The notes beneath the pieces are model-generated. The model was not told the origin of the DNA. It did not search any database and was given only the letters and a program-made list of their open reading frames with translations. Made by a program: the position numbers and the translations under genes. A stretch of DNA of 64,000 bases, taken from assembly GCA_964016885.1 (NCBI GenBank), contig OZ024745.1, positions 101,246,001 through 101,310,000 on the forward strand, given 5' to 3'. How positions within the stretch are numbered: the first letter of the stretch is position 1; each line of letters opens with the position of its first letter. Below, in pieces: positions 56,160 through 64,000 of the stretch. This stretch comes from Eledone cirrhosa (lineage: Eukaryota).

Positions 56160-56520
56160 TACAAACGAAAGACACAGAACTCCAGGGTCACCGGCCGTTG
56201 AAGTGGACTTTGGCAGTTTCGACCTTTCACCGTATTTTTGACTAAAGGAATTTTAGCCTGATAATGGGGTTTAGAACCCTCAGATAAATGGAAAAAGATG
56301 GGTATTGACGTACATGGGAGTCGAACCCACATCTTTGGTTATCGCGACCATTACACCAACACCACATGATGTGTTGGTGTAATGGTAGCACAGTGGTCGC
56401 GATAACCAAAGATGTGGGTTAGGCTCCCATGTACGTCAATACTCATCTTTTTCCATTTATCTGAGGGTTCTAAACCCCATTATCAGGCTAAAATTCCTTT
56501 AGTCAAAAATACGGTGAAAG
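56160..56520. mobile_element. tRNA-headed element as a fold-back (arms 56224-56361 and 56372-56520)
   Basis: 56368-56438 folds as a cloverleaf: acceptor GATGTGT/GTACGTC, A box TGGTGTAATGG, T arm GTGGG-TTCGACT-CCCAT (intact in the left arm). Not a canonical tRNA gene. Confidence 0.75.
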
Positions 56521-56524
56521 CTAT

Positions 56525-56601
<77 letters not shown>

Positions 56602-56605
<4 letters not shown>

Positions 56606-57072
56606 TAATTTAATATATCAACTAACATAGACGCACAGATGTACGTCCATGCCAGCAAATACACAGGTTATGTCATAGTACCTAGGTGGTTCAATGCAGG
56701 AGGGTGCAGAACAATAATATAAAAGACGTAAAATAAGAAAATATTTTTAAAAAAAATGTTTAAAAAATTTTTTACTTACTTACTTAAATTTTCACTCCAA
56801 CTAATTAGTTTCTGCAATGGGATAAAGACAGTTACATAATCCAACTGTCGAGAATTCATTGCGTCATCAGGGAGTCTATTCTCAGCTGAGCCTCCAGGCA
56901 ATGCGCGGACACTGGCGGCTCATATAAAAATAATACTTCGGTAGAAAGAACAGCTAGGCGAGGACTGGATTCTATGTACTGAAATTCTCACTGCTTCCAG
57001 TCAAATGACCGATTCTAAAGAATCAATCACGTGACATAGAGGCTAGTTAGAAGGAATGGGATGGTAAGATGA

Positions 57073-57075
<3 letters not shown>
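56602..57075 (-). mobile_element. ~520-nt family HHR element, permuted copy
   Basis: The end block of the 5245 copy (GCAGAACAATAATAT) is joined directly to its start block (AGACGTAAAATAAGAAAAT). Confidence 0.78.
56794..56875 (-). ncRNA. Type I hammerhead with branched stem II
   Basis: Minus: ACTCC-CTGATGA-CGCAATG...GACAGTT/AACTGTC...CATTGCA-GAAA-CTAATTAG-TT-GGAGT. Confidence 0.8.
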
Positions 57076-57131
<56 letters not shown>

Positions 57132-57413
57132 TCCATAATCCCCCTTTTCTCAAAAATAAATCATACACAAAACGCCAGCACCAACAGTTTTGCAAGAGAT
57201 GTCAACATGAATGGACCTGTTATTTTTTTTATCTAAAGACATGTTTTCCAATTCCAACCCACCCGTCCTCTCAATCTATCTTATTTCTCATTCTTTCTTC
57301 TGATGAAGGACTAGTGTCCAAAACGTTAAGACCCTCTTCCTGCTATTTCAAGCATTAACCTAATATATCCCTTCCATATACTGTACCGATTGTGTTGTTA
57401 TTTCTGTTTACCC

Positions 57414-57451
<38 letters not shown>

Positions 57452-57731
57452 TTTAGGTTTGTTGGTTCACCACTGGATAGAATTGGTCATTCCGTATGGA
57501 ATGATCATAGTATAATAAACCTTTCAAGGTTTTACACCAGTCCAGCCTCCTCTTATTTTATATATATATATATATACAATGATATCACATAAATGGAAAC
57601 CATATTAATAAAACCATATTTACTCTATTATATATATATACTTCGAGGGTACCAAAATATACCTTAACGGTTCAAGTTTTCCTTGGATAGTCCTTGAATA
57701 GTTATATCAAAATTTATGAAACACACTACGT

Positions 57732-57790
57732 ATTTTGTCTGATGATAGCGTACCAAAATTTTGGTACCCTTGAAATATATATAATAGAAT
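57732..57790 (+). ncRNA. Type I hammerhead ribozyme
   Basis: ATTTTGT-CTGATGA-TAGCGTACCAA AATT TTGGTACCCTT-GAAA-TATATA-TA-ATAGAAT. Confidence 0.72.
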
Positions 57791-58018
57791 GAATATGGTT
57801 TTATAAATATAGTTTCCATTTATGTAATATGATTGAATATTATACTCCAGAAACTGTCGAGTGCTCTGAAGCATTTATAAACATTTATATTTGTTGAATT
57901 ACCAACAAATTGAATATCCCTTCTGCTTATATATATATATTCTACGGTTCTTATATATTTGATATATATTTTCCTTATCGAGCCCTCTTTGGATTTTAGT
58001 CTTCAATTTTATTATTAT

Positions 58019-58059
<41 letters not shown>

Positions 58060-58147
58060 TATATATATATATATATATAATCAAGGTTTAGCAAATAAGA
58101 AAAAGTTTTAAAATAAATTCAAAAAATTCACTGTACTTACTATGGTT

Positions 58148-58234
58148 ACCTTTACCGAAACGGTTTCGAGTCTCAAAAATAAATGGATAGTCTTTGCAGG
58201 CCTCCATTGTAAAGATAAACTCTCGTCAGAAGGT
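58148..58234 (-). ncRNA. Type I hammerhead ribozyme (GUA site)
   Basis: Minus: ACCTT-CTGACGA-GAGTTT...AGACTC-GAAA-CCG TTT CGG-TA-AAGGT. Confidence 0.85.
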
Positions 58235-58427
58235 TCTTTTCACTCGGAGAATATAAAATTCCCGAGTTCGAATTACGAACTGACGCTATTCAAAATTGTT
58301 CCCGAGATGAGAATGAATGATGTGGAAGCAATTCTGTCCAGTGCCGTGTGTAAAGATAGAAGCAGAGGCAGGGAGGTCAGTCTACTACCACTATAAATAG
58401 CAGCAGTCAAAACGACCAGATTTTATC

Positions 58428-58462
<35 letters not shown>

Positions 58463-58519
58463 AGCATGTGTGTCCGACCTATGCCAGTGTGGAAAGTGAA
58501 CCGAAAATCATGTATATAC

Positions 58520-58912
58520 ATAAGCCTAGCGAAAACCTTAGATGCATACACAAGAACTCCTGCCCTCTCCTATAGTTTTCAAAAATTCACTTAAGAATAT
58601 TAACAAGAAGATGTACAACCTTTCCTCAAACCAAGCTATTTTTTCATAGAACAGCCCCCTACTATAATACAGCCTTACGCAATATCGGATTCTCTGAGAA
58701 TATATCCTACTCTCCAGCAAAAATGTTTTAAAAACCCTAGAAATAGAGAGAAAGTCTGGTTCTCCCCTCCTTTTTCATTAAGTACCAAATCAAATGTTGA
58801 AAAGAAGTTTTTAGCTCTCATAGATACACACGTCGAACCAGGACACAAATACTGCCAGATCTTAGATCGCCATTCGATCAAAATTGTACACTCCTGTGCC
58901 GGGAACATGTAG
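58520..58912 (+). pseudogene. Naiad PLE thumb/linker remnant
   Basis: IVFKN...NLSSNQAIF...YYNTALRNIGFSENISY...RNREKVWFSPPFS...SIKIVHSCAGNM (frameshifted). Confidence 0.8.
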
Positions 58913-59054
58913 TTACGTCTCCTGCATAAGCATATGTCACCGGTGCTTTGAGAAAGCAACACCAAATATCTGCCCCGGGCATATCAATGAATCGAAACAT
59001 CAGGAGTCATTTTTGTTTCCTCACGTTTTTCTGGGGTTTTTTCTCTTCGACTTC

Positions 59055-59117
59055 TTGCTGTCTGATGAGGTCATAACTTTTGCATAACAGTTATCACTGA
59101 AATACATATAACAGCGA
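59055..59117 (+). ncRNA. Type I hammerhead at the 3' pLTR
   Basis: TTGCTGT-CTGATGA-GGTCATAACT...AGTTATCACT-GAAA-TACATA-TA-ACAGCGA. Confidence 0.8.
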
Positions 59118-59744
59118 TTATGAATAATTGAAATAAATTCAAACCTGTTGACTTGAATGTACTTCATGGTTATAACAATAGTGTCAGTGATTAACTAACA
59201 CAGACTTTACCTAATATATATATATATATATCCATTTCTCTCTCTGTCCCCCTTACTCATCCCCTCTCTCTTTCTCCCCCCTCTCTGCCCCCTTAACACT
59301 TTCGTTTCTTTCACCCCCCCCCACTCTTTCTCTCTCTTTACGTCGTTCTCACCGAGAGTAGTTGTATTCATCTTAACTCTCTCACTGTTAATAAGGCCTT
59401 TCTTTTAACTTCGTCTCTTCTCGACCCTCGGTTATTTACTTACATGTGACATTGTCCTGTTTCCCCCTTCTTATCGGTATGTTTCTTTTCTTTTTTCTCA
59501 TTTTTTTCTCTCCATTCTTCTTTCTTTCTCTCTCTTTGCTAGCACCTCTTTTTCGTCTTTTCTTTCCCTCATAACTTGTTGATAAATTATGGGCGCGCTA
59601 CGGATAGATGTATTGTCTATAATGCGCTGAAACATCCGTGACCCGAAGTAGACAACTGATGAAGGGAAAATGTCTATCTCTTGTTTGTGTTCCCTTAACT
59701 TTCTGACACTCGTTATCAATAACCACGCAGCCCAGTCCCTCTCA

Positions 59745-59787
<43 letters not shown>

Positions 59788-59790
<3 letters not shown>

Positions 59791-60799
59791 CAATATATTT
59801 AGAAACACACAGATACATGCGGACACACACATATATACATGAATGCATCCGCACCCAACTGTGAGTTAAGGGTGCCAACTTCACCGATGTTGCTCAATGA
59901 ATGACTGGGACAGACCAATTCAGTTGAACTAGACTGAACCAGTATCAGAGTTAAAAATACATTATGAAGAGAGAAGAAACATTTAGATATAATTAGTAAT
60001 AAAATGTATCATACCTAAACTGCTCCTAAATTCCTCGACTACGTAGTTTCGTGGCATAAACAAAAACAATATATCATAAAGATATAGAGTCCTTGCGAGG
60101 TCTGCCGACTTATCAAGAGGATACCTCATTTTACTAGTCTCAAGAACGCGTCTACACGACGTGAGAAAGAATCCCAAAAGGCGGAGGGGGAGATAGTCAC
60201 GCGATATAACGGTCGAGAAACAGAGCTAAGCCTCTTATAACCCCGAAGAAAATACCACGGAGGCGGAGGGGGCATTTATATCGAGGCCGTAGAAGAGGTG
60301 GTGAAGAAGGCGAGAAGTATGAGTAATGGAAGCTTTCCAGCTGTCCCCACACTTCAAAGATTGCTCGACCAGAGGGAGTTATTAACAATATATTTAGAAA
60401 CACACGGATACATGCAGACACACACATATATACATGAATGCATCCGCACCCAACTGTGAGTTAAGGGTGCCAACTTCACCGATGTTGCTCAATGAATGAC
60501 TGGGACAGACCAATTCAGTTGAACTAGACTGAACAGCTCTGTTTCTCGACCGTTATATCGCGTGACTATCTCCCCCTCCGCCTTTTGGGATTCTTTCTCA
60601 CGTCGTGTAGACGCGTTCTTGAGACTAGTAAAATGAGGTATCCTCTTGATAAGTCGGCAGACCTCACAAGGACTCTATATCTTTATGATATATTGTTTTT
60701 GTTTATGCCACGAAACTACGTAGTCGGTGAATTTAGGAGCAGTTTAGGTATGATACATTTTATTACTAATTATATCTAAATGTTTCTTCTCTCTTCATA

Positions 60800-60804
<5 letters not shown>
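59788..60804. mobile_element. 595-nt HHR element: 1.25 monomers on - strand plus an inverted partial monomer on + strand
   Basis: AACAATATATTTAGAAACACAC recurs at ~59789 and ~60383. The + copy starts at ~60535. Near-identical to 44331-45162. Confidence 0.88.
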
Positions 60805-60894
<90 letters not shown>

Positions 60895-60897
<3 letters not shown>

Positions 60898-61345
60898 CAA
60901 TCATTAGACTGTTTTTCATTGGCTCTTATATGGTGAAACCACTAAATAACATCTTTACCAGCTGTGATGTGTTTGATATATACATTGGTTCGTCAAATTG
61001 TAGTGAGAACCAGTCAAATTGCATGTATTCTTCTTGTAATGGTGTTGTCTGATAACAGTTAGCCTTGTATTGCTGACATAATCTCACGTTTGTTAGAGAA
61101 TCCGTTAAATAAGCTGTCACCACCACTCAGAAGTGCTTCTTTTAACAACTCGCCATCTTGGAATGTTTGTTTTGTTTTTATTTTTTGCATGTAAAAGGAA
61201 AATTTTGAAAAAAAAAAATAATAGCGGCAATTTTACTACGTTCTTAGTAAAAGCCGACTTCTGGATAGATAAACTAGCGTTTAGTTCATTTATTTTCAGC
61301 CTTCTTGTTTTGAATTTAATAACCTTCAGCATTCTGCTAATATTA
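60895..61345 (-). pseudogene. hAT (Buster/Charlie, GTF2IRD2-like) transposase fragment
   Basis: KINELNASLSIQKSAFTK...FQDGELLKEALLSGGDSLFNGFSNKREIMSAI..LSDNTITRR...FSLQFDE...SNTSQL...MLFSGFTI. Confidence 0.8.
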
Positions 61346-64000
61346 CACACACACACACACACAAACACATACACACACACACACACAGAAAAAAGCAATC
61401 AAAACATGGATGTTTAGAATAATTTCTATTAACAGAGGGACATATTCATGTGCCTGTGTACAAACAACCGCCGTATACATATCTGTGTCTATGTATTAAT
61501 AGATGGACTTATTCATGCATTGCCAGTGATTTCTTAGACAAAAACACGTCCACGTTTTCACAGTGTGTATGTATGTGTCTGTGTACTCATCATATAAATA
61601 TATGTATGTATGTAGATAATAGAATCCGTATGGATTCGTAGTAGAATTTTGATGTCTCAATGCAGTAAGATGTAACCTTCTTGAAGGAAATTAGAATGTA
61701 GGAAGGAGAAAAAATAACTCATGACATATATTAGATATTTCTTCGCTGTTGTTGCTTTCCTTATTTACATATCTAACTTATTTTTTTATTATTTACATTC
61801 AGAAACGTAGAAAATGGGCGGAGGATTAGAAGGAAGGGGTGGGTGATGATAAAATGTATAGCAGCTTTTTTTTGTTATTTGTATGGTGGAATCTATAAAT
61901 ATTAAACACTGTTATTGTTTGTGATTTTTCATTTAAGGACTCAACATCTATTTTTGTCGGTTGGCGTGTAGATTTAATCAGGTTCTTCATTGAAAACTTC
62001 CACAGGCTCCTTAGATGTCTTTGGTGAAGTCACTATCTTATATTTTCAATTCTTGATGTATCTATGCCTGTGCTTCGTCCACTTAATTCATTTGAGATCT
62101 TCAGATGTTCCTTTCTGTTTCTGCGAATGATATTTTTATAACCTTTGGCCTTCCTGGCTCTATATATTCAATACATATAGCTTACTACAAGGGCCATAAA
62201 CTCGATACTGGAAAGCATGTAATCCTACGCCCCACCGATATTGCCAATCCACCGCCCTTTTCCACGTAATATATTACCAAAAATTACTTTGCTTAATAAC
62301 ATTATATTACGTGCAAAAGGGCGGATTACATGCTTTCCAGCATCGAGTTTATGGCCCTTTATGCTCTGTGTTCAAATCCCGCCGAGGTTAGCTTTACCTT
62401 TCATCCTTATGGGGTCGATAAATTAAAGTACCAGTAACACACTGGTGTCGATCTAATCGACTTTCTCGTCCCCCCTCCCCCCAAATTGTTGGCCTCGTGC
62501 CTAAATCAGAAACTATTATATTGCGAGGAAAGACATTTGGGACAGTTCAATTTACAGATTTTTTTCTTGGTGTGTGTGTGTGGAGGGGGGGGGGGGTATG
62601 TGTGTGTTGAAAGGTTTGTTTTAAAAACAGAAACCTTCACAAAGTATTTCTGGTTATGCCTATTGTGAAAGTAATTAAAAATTTCGACAAAAGATCGAAT
62701 GTGAGACGGAGGAAATGATTGAAGTAGCACGCGTGAGTGTGTTTGTTATAGAAAAAGAAAGAACAATATTCCTAATAAAGTTATCAGTCATAAGGTTATA
62801 TTTTGTACTCTAAAATGTGATAAAATTATAGAAATCTTAAAAGGAAACTGTATGGACACAACAAAAAATAAATTTTCTGTTATCTAAAAATCTGAGTGTT
62901 TTAGAAAGAAAGACAAAAAAAAATAATGATTGCTTATGAGAATTGCGATCATCATTATAGATAACACATTTAGTTTAGTAGCCATAGTTAAATATTAAAG
63001 AAAAATGCAAAAAATAAAGAATAAAGAAATCTGACAGGTAATCAATAAAGCAAGAAAATGTCGGTGAAACAAACAATAATTTGCTATATGTGGATCAATG
63101 ATTTTTGCCTTAACGCAACGCATCTAATTTCTTATAATGATTTCATTGATTACAAATGTCCTGAGTTGGTGCACATTTGATAATTATCGATACTTCTAAG
63201 GAGTGCATATAATATGATGATTGATTTATAACAAAAGATGTTTACACCACAGAAGCTGTTTCTGGAGTTATCTACTTAGTTCTTGTTTATTTTCCGTATA
63301 TAATTAAAGAATACCATTTTATGTTCAGATGGAGAAAATATATGATGTGAAATACATCTTATGTATATCTAAACATACACCAGCGGACGAGCAAATGGAA
63401 GTGATCAGAATTTATATGTTAATAAACTTATATTTCTATATTAATAATATACGTAAATAGAGTAAATGCATCTGAAATCTAATTTAACGTCGGGAGACTT
63501 TCGATAAATTTCGTAAACATTTTGTGAGATAGTCATATATAATTATAAGCCTTTAAATTGCAAATTCTTGTTGTATAATTCTCTTAGGCTAGTCTTCTCG
63601 TCGGTCTTTCAACAAAAAAAAAATCTGCGGAGGAATTCCCCAGGACGGTTACTTTTTTGTTAATGTTATTTTGTTAATCTTTCCGATTAGCAGAAGTTAC
63701 TATGAGGCCAATATTATGAGAACTAGTTAGTTAGAACTACTAGGAGAAGAAGGAAGTTCCAGAGTGCCAACATAATTGCTATGCTGCTCATATCAAAAGT
63801 TTTCGGCATCTAACCATTATGTTCTCGGCAGGTTGTTGACAATCAGTAGATGTGTATGATATGTCACAAACATAATATGAAATTGATGATTGGAACAAAC
63901 ATCGCACCAGTGCAACTTATTCATTCAGAAGCAATCACGCTATCAGTTGTGTATGTTTCTGATTAGTTGCTTATAATGTTTGCCTCTTATTACATTCTGT

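Noticed and set aside
56368-56438. Functional tRNA gene
   Set aside because: The anticodon loop and T loop are non-canonical and it lies in an inverted duplication, so it is better treated as a SINE-like head.

Overview
AT-rich, microsatellite-dense eukaryotic DNA, probably cephalopod/octopus-like (inferred from the SINE types and repeat landscape). No host protein-coding gene can be supported; there is one weak candidate exon. The window is almost entirely mobile DNA. It holds at least six diverged Naiad-clade Penelope-like retroelements (PLEs: RT YRDD, CxCx5Cx5C linker, GIY-YIG) plus fragments of two other PLE lineages, nearly all inside (TA)n tracts. It also holds tRNA-derived SINEs, Helitrons, hAT/Tigger/Mutator-type DNA transposon relics, and RTE and CRE LINE fragments. 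The main finding is about 30 type I hammerhead ribozyme (HHR) motifs from more than 10 families, read by eye on both strands, several with compensatory base changes between copies. Many lie in short non-coding elements that occur as tandem, circularly permuted and 5'-inverted copies of fixed-size monomers (~315, ~520 and 595 nt). This pattern fits retrozyme-like circular RNAs mobilised by TA-targeting PLEs. Two families carry the non-canonical U3-A8 core (UUGAUAA / UUGAAAA). Most HHRs have palindromic stem III, which suggests dimeric folding. Ribozyme activity and circular intermediates are inferences and untested.
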